DNA of 20,000 bases from Chiloscyllium plagiosum (taxonomy: Eukaryota). The stretch lies in contig NC_057719.1 of assembly GCF_004010195.1 (NCBI RefSeq), positions 45,416,689-45,436,688 on the forward strand, given 5' to 3'. The notes beneath the pieces are model-generated. The model was not told the DNA's origin. It saw only the letters and a program-made list of their open reading frames with translations, and did not search any database. The position numbers and the translations under genes are program-made. Below are positions 1 through 11,015 of this stretch, piece after piece (the stretch's first letter is position 1; each line of letters begins with the position of its first letter).

Positions 1-249
1 TATATTGTCATATTGACCATTAGACACAACCTGTCCTGCCTGGGCCTTTTGAGGTTACCACAACTAGATTACCTGCCAGATCATTCCCAAATAGGAATTA
101 ATGGTTCAGGGACAATTCCTATGGTCACTGAGCCAGAGAATAAACCACTTTGGAGGTGAACCAATTGGATAGGAACAGATATGCAATAGTTCCTTTCTTA
201 CATGCCTTTTCTATCTCAATTTATTTTCTTTCCCACAAACCAGAACTTC

Positions 250-1855
250 AAGTGAGACAGGGCAGAGATTACTATAGTAGCCATCATTAAGAAGAAGCTG
301 CTGGGGAAGCTGAAAAGTCTGAAGATGGATACATCACCAGGACGGGATGGACTATATCCCAGAGGTGTTGGCTGAGGAGATTTGTCAAGGCATTCAAGTG
401 CTCTTCCATGAGTCACTGGAGTTTGTAAGATCCCAGAGGACTGGAAAATGATTAATGTAACACCGTGTTTAAGAAGGGAGGGAGGCAAAAGACAGGAAAA
501 TATAGACGTGTTAGCCTGACCTGGTCATTGACAAGATTTAGAGTCCATTATTAAGGATGAGATGTCTGAGTACTCGGAAGTGCATGGCAAAATAGGCCTA
601 TGTCAGTATGGCTTCATCAAGGGGATTTGATTTCATTTATTTTTGCTGTATGTACCTAAGTACAGTGAAAAGTTTTAGTTTGCAGGCAGTACAGGCAGAT
701 AACATACAAAGATCATAGGGTGATTGAACAGAGCGAGGAATGGAAAGTTACGGCTGCAAAGAGGGTGCACTAAAAACAAGATCAACATTAAATTTGAAAT
801 TTGACAGGTCCATTCAGAAGTCTAATAACAGTGGGGAAGGAGCCATTCGTGAGCCTTTTAGTACATGTTTTTTAAACTTTTGTATCTTCTGTCTGACGGA
901 AGAGATTCGAAAAGATTATAAGCAGGGTGGCAGGGATCTTTGATGATGTTGGCTGTCTTTCCGCAGCAACAAAAAGTGTAGATGGAGTCAATGGATGGAG
1001 GGTTGGCTTGGGATGTCATGTCTGACAAATCTGTTAGAAGTCTTTGAGGAGGTAATGAGCAAGTTAGACAAAGGAGAGGCAGTGGACATGACTGATTTAG
1101 ATTTCCAGAAGGCCTTTGACAAGGTGCCACAGAAGAGACTGCCGAATAAGCTAAGAGCCCATGGTGTTAGGAGCAAGGTATTGGCACAGATATAGGATTG
1201 GCTGACTGAAAGAAGGGAGTAGGGATAAAAGTGTATTTTTCAGAATGGAACCCAGAGCTAGGGAAGTCTTACAGGGGTCAGTGTTGGGAACACAACTATT
1301 CATGTTATATATTAACTACGTGCTTGAAGAAACTGAAGGCATTATTGCTAAATTAGTAGATGACACAAAGATAAGTGAAGGGACAGGTATTGTTGAGGGA
1401 GCAGGGAAACTGCAGAAGAACTCAGACTGGCTAGTTAAGTTAGCAAAGAAATGGTAGATAGAATATCCAAAAGTTGAGGTTATGCACTTTGTTAGAAAAA
1501 TAGAAGCATAGATTATTTTCTAAATGGAGAAAGGCTTTATAAATAGAAAGCACAAAGGGACTTGGGAGTCAAAGTACACGATTCTCTTCAAGGTAACATG
1601 CAGGTTCAGTTGGGCAGTTAGGAAAGCAAATGCAACGTTAGCATTTATTTCAAGAAAACAAGAATAAAAGAACAGATATGTACAGCTGAGGTTGATAAGG
1701 CTCTGGTCAGACCACATCTGAAATACTGAAAGCAGTTTTGGACACTGTATCTAAAGAAGGAAGTGCTAGAGTTGGATAAGGTTCTGAGAAGGTTTACAAG
1801 AATGATCCCAGATATGAAGGGTATGTCATATGAGGAGAGATTGAGGACTCTGTCG
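250..1855 (+). mobile_element. Decayed CR1-type LINE ORF2 (reverse transcriptase) fragment, interrupted by an insertion at 627-1009
   Basis: Translations give CR1 RT motifs: SPGRDGLYPR (~334), QYGFIKG|SCLTNLLEVFEEVMSKLDKGEAVDMTDLDFQKAFDKVPQKRL (604-1140), QGSVLGTQLFMLYIN...KLVDDTKI (ORF 1245-1457), and LVRPHLKY (~1703). Many stops and frameshifts; ends are approximate. Confidence 0.9.
627..1009 (-). mobile_element. 5'-truncated Rex1/Babar-like LINE 3' end inserted into the CR1
   Basis: The minus ORF reads PSIDSIYTFCCCGKTANIIKDPCHPAYNLFESLPSDRRYKSL, resembling the Rex1/Babar RT C-terminus (IIKDPSHP..LF..LPSGRRY). It has an A-rich tail near 627-645, a GGGAT direct repeat at 622-626 and 1010-1014, and it splits the CR1 motif GFIKG/SCLTNL. 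Confidence 0.75.
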
Positions 1856-1956
1856 GACTAGAGAGTCCCCTAACACAATTGATCTCTTGGAATCCAACAT
1901 ACCCCTCATTGCATTAGAATTTAGATAGACAAGTTGAAATGGATACAGTTTTAGAG

Positions 1957-2147
1957 AAACCACGGAACTGTGATAATGGCAATCAAACAAAAACAATAAT
2001 TGCCGGAAAAGCTCAGCAGGTCTGGCAGCACTTGTGGAGTGAAATCGAGAGTTAACGTTTCAGGTCCAGTGATGCAGCCACACATGCTGAATTATTTCCA
2101 GCAATTTCTGGTTTTGTTTGATTGCCATCATCACAGTTCCTTGGTTT
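1957..2147. repeat. Fold-back (inverted repeat) unit 1 around a ~130-bp short-repeat core (1986-2118)
   Basis: AAACCACGGAACTGTGATAATGGCAATCAAACAAAAAC (from 1957) is nearly the reverse complement of GGTTTTGTTTGATTGCCATCATCACAGTTCCTTGGTTT (to 2147). Confidence 0.9.
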
Positions 2148-2632
2148 GCACAATCAGGTTTGTGAAAATTGTCAGAAATTGAGTCACAAACATCTGGTAC
2201 AAATTTGACAAATGGCTTTTGAATAGCCGATATTCAGTTTAGTTTATTTGATTTTGTGAGATCTTTTGGCAGACAATGTGTTTTTATGTTATTATCTGCA
2301 TTTAGAATTTTCTAGAACTATAACAAAAACAGTAACTGCTGGAAAAGCTCAGCAGGTCTGTCAGCACCTGTGGAGGGAAATCGAGTTTTAACGTTTCAGG
2401 TCCAGTGACGCAGCCACACCTACTAATATTTCCAGCAATTTCTGTTTTTGTTATAGTTTTAGAAAACTCTGTAAAGGCAGATAATAACATAAAAACACTG
2501 TCTGCCAAAAGATCTGACAAACTCAAATAAAATAAACTGAATACCGGCTATTCAAAAGCCATTTGTCAATCTTGTACCAAACGTTTGTGACTCAATTTCC
2601 GACAATTTTCATAAACATGATTGTTTGTGCAA
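2146..2632. repeat. Fold-back unit 2: ~200-bp inverted arms around a second copy of the same core (2322-2452)
   Basis: 2146-2350 and 2420-2632 are imperfect reverse complements, e.g. TTGACAAATGGCTTTTGAATAGCCG versus CGGCTATTCAAAAGCCATTTGTCAA. The core GGAAAAGCTCAGCAGGTCTG..AACGTTTCAGGTCCAGTGA is shared with unit 1. Confidence 0.9.
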
Positions 2633-2959
2633 TACTGTGTGGGATAGCAGATGTAGAACAAATGCAAGGACATAATTCAAACTACTGGGAAAGTGAATGC
2701 TGGGGTGAAGAAACAATGAAAATAAGACAGAAAAAGTATAATATTTATAGATGTACAGCTTTATGACTGAGACACATTTCTGAAAGAGGTGGACCCGGCG
2801 AGTTAAAACAGCAAAGAGAGAGGCCCCCACACCACCCACCTTTAAAAGATGAAAACAAGTTTATCTGTATACCCTATATTCAAAAATATAACTAAAATCT
2901 GAAAATGTGCGTCAAATCAAAAAGCTGTAGACATGTTTCTGAAGCTTACACCGAAATTG

Positions 2960-3240
2960 GCTCAAATTTAACCGACATCGAAGGATAAGGTGCCAGCCAA
3001 AAAGACAGAAGATATTGAAGTGTTGGACCACAGAGCCGTTCGCATATCCAACTCTGCATTTTTTGACAGCCAGTGCAGTGACAAGCATGCGCATGCGCAT
3101 ATTTTTCGGTCATGCTTCTTCACTAGCGCATGTGCAAGCATCCCTCAAACGCGCTCCTTGGCGTCAGCAACCGCAACTATCTTTTAAACTGTCAACATTA
3201 GAGCTCGTGCGCATGCGGTGAGCTCACGTGTGCAAACCTC
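2960..3240. promoter_or_regulatory. Putative promoter: CpG-retaining patch with clustered NRF1-type motifs
   Basis: Perfect TGCGCATGCGCA at 3088-3099, GCGCATGTGC at 3126-3135, TGCGCATGCG at 3208-3217, E-box TCACGTG at 3224-3230 and CRE-like TGGCGTCA near 3159. CpG is locally enriched relative to the rest of the window. Confidence 0.6.
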
Positions 3241-4470
3241 TGAACTCTCCTGTCATGTAATTCTAATAAGGGTGTACCTTCACATAAGTACACATTAGGC
3301 CTTAATAATTGTTAAATTTATGAGAGTTCTTGTGGTTAACGTGTCTTATCAGTCTCTTTAGTAAATCTTTTTAAATTTCTCCCCCTTCGGTTAGTATTAT
3401 CAATGCAGTTGAACATTCGAAAGAAGCAATATTGCAATTGGCAAAATGGAACGAAAACCGAGATTTTAATATCAAGAGCCTAAAAGGCTATTAAGAATTC
3501 CAAAAAAAACTCTTACATCAATATGGACTCGCTCTGGTAAAGATTGCAACAATTATCAGAAGCACTAAAGTAGATAAATTGACCAATTAAAATTGGGATG
3601 TGGTATACATTTAACTAGAAAAGTGACAAGATAACTTTTCTTCGATACTTCAGCGTATAAGTTAAATGTTCCTAAACGTTTAGGGGATTATTAACTTCTG
3701 CCTTATTGTATGAAGTAAAAAGGCATAAGACAAGACATGAAACTATGGACAGTGAAAACATGCATTGTCTCTGTTTTGGCGTTACTACAAAATTATTATT
3801 CGCAGCAGAGAATAATAAAAATAAAGATATGTATATGCACTTTTTAAAGTCAATCTCCTTTGGGAATAATTATACAGCTAGCAAGTTTAAAATCCTTAGA
3901 AACACGACAAACTTACCCCAGAAAATGGTAGAAAATGAAATGAAGCAAAGTTATTCGAACATTAATAGATGCCAGGGAATTCAATTAAGTACTGCAAAAC
4001 TCACTTAGCATTAAATACTTGTGTAATAATTTCAGATCAAGAAGGATGTGATGTATCTATCAAATCAATATATAACAGGATTTCAAAGAAATACGCTATG
4101 GGAAATGGAACCTATATATTTATTACAGTCAAGGAAGATAAATCTGTTATATTCAATGGAAGCTATTTAAAAGAAAATTGAAGTGGCTAATTTTCCAGAA
4201 TTTGAAATCACAGCAGCCAGTTGTTGTTTTAATCCTCAAAATGTTTGTAAAATAACTATATATTTAAGTATATGGATTTCTGTCAGGCTCATGATAACCA
4301 ATATTACTTTTGCTACCAAGTTCGATCTACCCCAAATTCTAAAAAATCTTACAACTTAGAACTTCTTACAAATCAGTAAGGTAGTCTGTATCATTTATCA
4401 AAAATTTCATTACTACAATAGTTGTTTGCAAATCGATTGGTACATCCCATAAATGCCAGAAATTCAATTA

Positions 4471-5186
4471 TCATATGTACTCAAGTTATAGACAACCTCA
4501 TGTAAAAATTGACCCCCTATTTTTGGCCAGAAAATCTGGAATTTTTCATTTATTTCATATCTCATATCTCATATATCTCATCTCAGTTCTTTACACTTAA
4601 TAGATCAACATTTATGAGCCAAGGTATTATCCTGTGTATAAATGATACAGCTACAATGATTGGTGAGACTGTAGAGTCAAATGTCTAGTAACTTGTTTCA
4701 TCAGAAATAAAAGTTAAAACATTAGTTTGAAAAGCTAAAACAACTGCAGATGAGAGAAAACAGAGGGAAATGGAAGAAATTGGTAGGAAAGTTTAAGATG
4801 CATCAGGTCAGAGTCAGGCGCATGCAGTTCAGCTGAGCTCAGTTCCCCTGTAACACTTATGGAATACAGTCATATACCTAGTTGAGGTTTTGAAATTTCT
4901 TCATCATTTTGTGTAAAAATGCCCTCCAGAGAAAGCAAAAAATATACAGCATCACTTAAAAGTTACTGAAATTGCAGGGAAAACAAATACCTGTGTGGTA
5001 GCAATTGCCAAAATTTTTTGTGTTTTTTTTGTTTAGCGATCAATTGAGCTTCTGCTAATGAAACGATACTTTGGACTATAGCATGAATTTCAGCCCCTGA
5101 AAAGTAGTATCCACATAATAGTTGACCCCATAAATTTAACCTTAAAAAAATTCTTAAAAATTCGACTTTTATATGAATATATACAG
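4471..5186 (+). mobile_element. Internally deleted pogo/Tigger-type (Tc1/mariner superfamily) DNA transposon
   Basis: TA flanks at 4469-4470 and 5187-5188. Degenerate TIRs: TCATATGTACTCAAGTTATAGACAAC and TCGACTTTTATATGAATATATACAG. The ATG at 4919 gives MPSRESKKYTASLK, then after a frameshift KVTEIAGKTNTCVVA, resembling a Brinker-type DNA-binding N-terminus. Confidence 0.65.
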
Positions 5187-5479
5187 TATACTTAATATTA
5201 TTTTAGGCATTCATTCTGACCTATTGTTTATTGATACAAATGACATTTTAAATCATTAGCACTATTTTACAATTGTTATATCATTGTAACTATTATTTGG
5301 TTGTGTATTAATTTAAACCCTAAAGTAGCTACTGTTTTTGCAGCTACCATTTCTTGAATAGGATAATTTATATTTCATGTTTTCCACAAATGATTGGAAA
5401 TTCATTCCTTGAATGGATCAATTTAGTAATTATTGGAATGATTATATTTCTTCTTATTTACTCTGAGCCTTTCATTTAT

Positions 5480-5663
5480 AAAGTTAAAAATCGCACAACA
5501 CCAGGTTATAGTCCAACAGGTTTATTTGGAAGTATAAGCTTTCGGAGCGCTGCTCCTTTGTCAGGTAGCTTGTACTTCCAAATAAACCTGTTGGATTATA
5601 ACCTAGTGTTATGTGTTTTTAACTTTGTCCACCCCAACCCAACACCTGCACCTCCACATCGTG
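5480..5663. mobile_element. Short Penelope-derived element with inverted pLTR arms and a 13-bp target-site duplication
   Basis: Arms 5480-5540 and 5567-5626 are reverse complements. The sequence is homologous to the Penelope terminus at 17252-17370. Direct repeat GCCTTTCATTTAT at 5467-5479 and 5664-5676. Confidence 0.8.
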
Positions 5664-6002
5664 GCCTTTCATTTATGATAATTCAAGTCTAAACATATTT
5701 TCCAGTTCTGTCCTACAGACCAAGGCAGTTACACTGAACTTATATAGTGCCATCAGGCAACTGTACCATCAGAGAGACCCCACCACATCAATTCAGTAAC
5801 GCGTTTGACAAGATTCCTCATGGTAAACTGGTTAGCAAGGTTAGGTCACGTGGAATTTACGGAGAACTAACCATTTGGATACACAACTGGCTTGAAGGTA
5901 GAAGACACACAGGGGAGGTGGACGGCTGCTTTTCAGACTGGAGGCCTGGGACCAGTGGTGTGGCACAAGGTGCTGGGTCCACTGCTTTGTCACTTATATA
6001 AA

Positions 6003-6360
6003 TTAGATTAGATTACTTACAGTGTGGAAACAGGCCCTTCGGCCCAACAAGTCCACATTGACCCGTCGAAGCGCAACCCACCCAGATCCGTTCCTCTACA
6101 TTTGCCCCTTCACCTAACACTACGGGCAATTTAGCATGGCCAATTCACCTAACCTGCACATTTTTGGACTTTGGGAGGAAACCGGAGCACCCGGAGGAAA
6201 CCGGAGCACCCAGAGGAAACCCACGCAGGCACGGGGAGAATGTACAAACTCCACACAGTCAGTCGCCTGAGGCGGGAATTAAACCCGGATCTCTGGCGCT
6301 GTGAGGCAGCAGCGCTAACCACTGTGCCACCATGCTGCCCACTGTGCCACCATGCCGCCC
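6003..6360 (-). mobile_element. HE1-type tRNA-derived SINE with two small internal tandem duplications
   Basis: The reverse complement starts GGGCGGCATGGTGGCACAGTGG (head duplicated), has Pol III A/B-box-like motifs, and ends in a (TAATC)n tail at 6003-6015. GGAAACCGGAGCACCC is duplicated at ~6177-6211. Homologous to the copies at 9496 and 15018. Confidence 0.9.
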
Positions 6361-7104
6361 ATTTGGATGTGAGCATAAGAGGTATGGTTCGTAAGTTTGC
6401 AGATGACACAAAAATTGGAGGTGTAGTGGACAGCGAAGAAGGTTGCCTCAGAGTACAGTAGGATTTATCAGATGTGCCAATGGCCCAGGAGTGGCAGATA
6501 AAGTTTAATTTAGATAAATGTCAGGTGCTGCATTTTGGAAAGGCAAGTCAAGGCAGACTTATATGCTTCATGGTAATGTCCTGGGAAGTGTTGCTGAACA
6601 AAGATACCTTTGAGTGCAGGTTCATAGTTCCTTGAAGGTGGAGTAGACAGGATAGTGAAGAAGGCATTTGGTTTGCTTGCTTTTATTGGTCAGAGTATTG
6701 GGTATAGGAGTTGGGAAGTCACATTACAGCTGTACAGGAGGTTGGTTAGGCCAGCTTGAAATATTGAATTCAATTCTGGTCTCCCTGCTAAAAGAAAGAT
6801 GTTGTGAAACTTGAAAGGGTTCAGAACAGATTTACAAGGATGTTGGAGGGTTTGAGCTATAGGAAGAGGTTGAATAGACGAGGGCTATTTTCCCTGGAGC
6901 ACCAGAGGCTGAGTGGTGACCTTATAGATTTTTATAAAATCATGAGGAGCATGGATAAAGTGAATAGCCAAGGTCCTTTCCCCAGGGTATACCTAGAGGG
7001 TATAGGTTTAAGGTGAGAGGGGAAAGATTTGAAAGGGACCTAAGGGGCAACCTTTTCACACAGAATGGGATGCGTGTATGAATGATTTGCCAGAGGACAT
7101 GGCG

Positions 7105-7255
7105 GAGGCTGGTACAATTACAACATTTAAAATGCATCTGGATGGGTACATGAATAGGATGGGTTTAGAGGTGTATAGGCCAAATGCTGGCAAATAGGAC
7201 TAGATTAATTTAGGATATCTGGTCAGCATGGACAAATTGGATTGAAGACTGTTTC
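7105..7255 (+). repeat. First copy of a ~150-bp direct duplication (second copy at 15680-15832)
   Basis: Base-by-base comparison of the two copies shows 5 substitutions and one 2-nt indel. Confidence 0.9.
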
Positions 7256-7256
7256 T

Positions 7257-7415
7257 GGGAGCAAGAGGCCCCCGTTATTTGAAGTTACAGGGAGCAAGGG
7301 ACCCCGGTATTTGAAGTTTTAGGGAGACAGGAGGCCCCCGATATTTTAAATTATTAGGGAGGCAAGAGGCCTCCAATATTTGAAGTTTCTAAGGAGGCAA
7401 GAGGCCCCTAGTTTT
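7257..7415 (+). repeat. About 5 copies of a 32-35 bp tandem repeat (GGGAGGCAAGAGGCCCCCGATATTTGAAGTTTTA-like), likely the ERV leader
   Basis: Units start at approximately 7257, 7290, 7322, 7357 and 7392. Confidence 0.85.
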
Positions 7416-7656
7416 CAATTATAGGTTATTATTGATATAATAAAATATAATATTTAATACATTAATAAATAATACCACATTAATAATAAAAAACAATACT
7501 TAATGATTTTTTAAAAAGAAAAGAAATATCACGATATTTTATGATAAAAGTTTTTTTTATATAAAAAGGTTTGTGAAATTGACTAGCGTTTGTGGAAGTC
7601 TGATCAGTGAGTAATGTTTTAAAAATTAGTTGCTATAAGACTGAAGTAATTTTAAA

Positions 7657-8190
7657 ATGAGTAATTACATGGACAGAACAGATGATTCATCATCAACGTT
7701 AGTGAAATTATGTGAAAACTTTCCCGAAAGGTCTGAGGCATTTAGAAACTGTATGGAGGTCTAAACAAAACATTGGGTGATGAAGAATATCATTACGTGT
7801 CCCTAAATCTGTTCAATTGGTTAAATCAGCTCAGCAATTGATTTGGCAACGTAATATGGGAACAGGAACGAAAGAGCTAATTGGACTATGGTGACAGTTT
7901 CGTGATGAGAGACATAAGAATCAGTTTTGCGCTTGTGGCATGATACTGCTACCAAATTGGGGATTGAATTCACTGCAAATGGTGCTATGAAATCTGCTAA
8001 AGTTCTTAAAAGTGAAGTGCTCGAGCAAAACAATTACAGAAACAAAAGGAGAAGTCACAAGTGACTGTAAACAAACAGAATTGCGCAGTTCGATGGTTGG
8101 CCTTAGTTATAACGAGGAAGACAATGATGATTCGGATTTAGATGAGTGATGCTCTTTTCTTTGCGGCTCCCATTTCAAACTCTTCCTTAC
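7657..8190 (+). pseudogene. gag: Putative gag N-terminal (matrix-like) remnant
   Basis: The ATG at 7657 gives MSNYMDRTDDSSSTLVKLCENFPERSEAFRN. After frameshifts it continues KSVQLVKSAQQLIWQRNMGTGTKELIGLW*QF, then a basic stretch and acidic EEDNDDSDLDE (~8113). The call rests mainly on position between the leader and pol; no capsid or zinc knuckle was recognised. Confidence 0.45.
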
Positions 8191-8536
8191 AGGCTGATCA
8201 GTATTGGAATGTATCATTTAATTCTCAATAACTTTCCTGCTGTAGTCCAGAAACAACAGCGACAAGAAAATATTCTTGCTGCTGTATCTGCTGTATTATT
8301 GTTTATTGTACCTGTTGTATCTGTTCAGCTTGGCTTGTCTTGCTTTGTTGCTTTTTTTTGTTCATTTTGGTGATTGTTTTTTGTTTATGAAATATGGAGG
8401 TTGGCCGTTGTTCTTTCTTGATGTGTTAAAAGATAAGGCTGGCCAGCGGTAACAATTCTTCCACACTTGGTTAAGCAATGATGCCAAAGCCAGGATTTAT
8501 CAGACTAAACTCCCAAGCTAAAAATTGAGATATGAT

Positions 8537-8558
8537 GTGTGTGTGTGTGTGTATGTGT
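8537..8558. repeat. (TG)n microsatellite
   Basis: TGTGTGTGTGTGTGTGTATGTG. Confidence 0.85.
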
Positions 8559-9495
8559 TATAGAGACAGAGAGAAAAAAAAGAGCTGCACAGCTAGTAGA
8601 AAGTTTAACCCTTTGTGATTTGTTTTAAATGCACATTTGTTTGTCGGTGATTGAATGTTTCCGATTTATTATCTTGGAGCTCGAGATCCGGGACTGTTTT
8701 GAATCTGATTTGCGTTGTGGAAATTTAACATAATTTCTTTTAAGGTTAAGGATCCTTCAGTACAATATTAACTCCTGTTTTTTTTACAGATCATCACTGC
8801 CTTACTGTTAGTTTCTAACTAATCTCTTTTATCCTTACATGAAAGTCAACCTTATACAATTTAAAATCAGTTTAATATGGAGGAAAACAACATTACAACC
8901 TTTTTTGTGTTTCAGACTTGTTTGTTTCCACTTAATTTTAAGACTGATATATTTCATTAGTGATTATGATGTATCAGCCGTAACTTTATTTGGGAAGTCC
9001 CCTCCCTCAATGACAGTTGAAGTTTCAGTTCAACATTAGGTTGTGATAAATCATCATAAAATAATTTCCTCTGGTTAATATCTGTGTCCTCGGATTCGGT
9101 CATTATTCATGCATTAGATTTTTTTTTAACTTGAATAGACAAATCCTATTAAGGCAGCTCCGATTATTTCATGACCTATAGCATTGTAATTGAGCAATGA
9201 CTGGTCAGGACAACTTAAGAAACCTAATTTTGGATTTAAATTAAGAGACTAAAACCAGATAATTATGGTGGATTTCAAAGTTGGGAACTGTATGCATTTT
9301 ACATTTTAAATATTAAATATTGAACAAATGAATTTCAAATTTAGATATAGTATATATAAATATATATTTATAAATTATATAAGAAAATAAAATGTTGTAT
9401 GTTACTCAGATATATTGTAAAAAATAATGACCATTGACATATTACCACAGAGGAGATCTGATCTCAAAACAAGACAATGAGCGGCGGCTCATTGT

Positions 9496-9704
9496 GGGCG
9501 GCACGGTGGCACAGTGGTTAGCACTGCTGCCTCACAGCGCCAGAGACCCGGGTTCAATTCCCGCCTCAGGCGACTGACTGTGTGGAGTTTGCACATTCTC
9601 CCCGTGTCTGCATGGGTTTCCTCCGGGTGCTCCGGTTTCCTCCCACAGTCACAAAGATGTNNNNNNNNNNNNNTGTTTCCACACTGTAAGTAATCTAATC
9701 TAAT
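9496..9704 (+). mobile_element. HE1-type SINE spanning an assembly gap (N run 9661-9673)
   Basis: GGGCGGCACGGTGGCACAGTGG head, A box at 9507-9517, B box GGTTCAATTCC at 9551-9561, and a TAATC tail. Confidence 0.9.
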
Positions 9705-9774
9705 TCTCAGAACTAAGCTCTGTTGGTCCTCCAATGTCCACAAAGGTAATTGAAACTTATTTTCCATAATCTTC

Positions 9775-10040
9775 TTCATCTGGATCCCCACTCAGTAATG
9801 CTTGGTACCACTGCACTCAGTGCTCTCTCCAAAATTCAAACTGAATTCTATCCATATCATTAGGTGTCCCTAATGGATGAAAAAGGACCACTGCCTGACT
9901 TAAACAGGCATTGCTGTCACGCAGCATTCCAACCTTTGGAAAATAGGGACAACCAAATATATGGAGGAATAGGATGGTATATCAATCACTTTCTTTTGTA
10001 GCATCATTGGCCCATTGCCATGGAGTTGGCAAGCTCCATA
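9775..10040 (+). pseudogene. pol: Weak retroviral pol remnant (RT thumb/connection)
   Basis: Fragments IWIP..*.LVPLHSVL, LKQALLS..IP and LL*HHWPIA resemble the retroviral WIP...PL, LKQAL..AP.LG.P and L.Q.HG..RP.AY motifs in the right order, but they are heavily decayed. Confidence 0.4.
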
Positions 10041-10898
10041 ATGTCACAGCTATGTGATACAGTGACCAGGACAAGTGAATGAGACAAATCACCGATTTAG
10101 TTATTCTCCTCTTGCAATTTTTGATCAGCTGAAAATTCAAATCCTAAAACTAGCTTTCAGATTATGATAATCAAGATTCCAAAATGTATACTTAGGAACA
10201 AGCTTTAAAGTTAGACAAGGTTCAATGAGGTTAAAATGAAAATAGAGGAAATCAACTACCAAAGGGAAGAGAATGATGCAATAAGAAGGATAAAGCAGCA
10301 GAGTACAGTTTTTAAAATGTTTTAGTCACTTGTTGGATTTCCACCCTGAATTACAGATAATGATTATTTTATTTATTATTACAAATATTTATATTTAATT
10401 ATATTTATTATTAATTATATATGTATATTATTTATATTAATAATATTTATAATAAATCAATTGTATTAGCCCGAATCAAAATTAATTGGCAGGGTTCTTT
10501 CACACATTGTCAGTGACCTGTTATATTGATTCATGGCTAATTTAAAACATGACTGCATTAATTCATTGTTAATTAAAGAACGGAAAGCTACATTACTGGC
10601 CAGTTGAAGAAATTTTCCATATGATTGGGGGATAGGCATAGATATATATATGGCAAATGAAACTCCCAAAATCTGGGGAGGTGACTGTGAATGGGTGTAT
10701 ATATGTGTAAAAAATTAGAAATGATATGAGAAAACAATGTAAGGCCACCAAAGTTGAGGAATATATAAACAAGGTTAAAGCAACAATACTGTAAAATAAA
10801 AAACTTAGATTCTACTCGAAATCCCGAGCCTATGTCTGGCACACTGACCCTTTTTGAGAATTGGGATTTTGTTCCTATACACATGCTGAGCCCTTCTT

Positions 10899-11015
10899 CT
10901 TATGCCCGAAATGTCGATTCTCCTGCTCCTCGGATGCTGCCTGGCCTGCTTAGTTTTTCCAGCACCACATTTTTCAACTCTGGTACTCCAGCATCTGCAG
11001 TCCTCGCTTTCTCCT
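10899..11015 (+). mobile_element. Short interspersed repeat fragment, probably Penelope-related, inserted in the ERV
   Basis: CTTATGCCCGAAATGTCGATTCTCCTGCTCCTCGGATGCTGCCTGGCCTGCT...CCAGCATCTGCAGTCCTC. It resembles the reverse complement of the 1986 and 2322 cores (GAAACGT...GCTGCC.GACCTGCTGAG.TTTTCCAGCA). Confidence 0.55.

Larger units (their letters stand above)
5792..7255 (+). mobile_element. CR1-type LINE 3' portion (RT C-terminal half plus 3' UTR), interrupted by a SINE
   Basis: FSNAFDKIPHGKLVSKVRSRGIYGELTIWIHNWL (ORF 5747), RKFADDTKIGGVVDSEEGCLRVQ (~6390-6460) and KLERVQNRFTRML...LSGDLIDFYKIM (ORF 6804). The 3' UTR runs to ~7255, where it is cut off. Confidence 0.92.

Noticed and set aside
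3706..4181. 100-aa and 70-aa ORFs downstream of the promoter-like patch
   Set aside because: They have non-ATG starts, AT-rich composition, and no recognisable domain or convincing splice structure.
6149..6461. ORFs with RKPEHPEETHA peptides (also 9489-9791 and 15012-15368)
   Set aside because: They are chance translations of the SINE, not genes.
7257..7415. CRISPR-like array
   Set aside because: The units are contiguous degenerate tandem copies without unique spacers, the context is eukaryotic, and there are no cas genes.
8146..8373. Small hydrophobic membrane-protein ORF inside the ERV
   Set aside because: The hydrophobicity is explained by T/G-rich low-complexity sequence. An accessory gene cannot be supported without homologues.
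9496..9575. tRNA gene
   Set aside because: The A/B boxes belong to the tRNA-derived head of a SINE present three times in the window with the same body and tail.
10365..10455. Extremely AT-rich tracts (also 7430-7560 and 9300-9420)
   Set aside because: Low-complexity sequence with no defined unit or structure beyond chance AT pairing.
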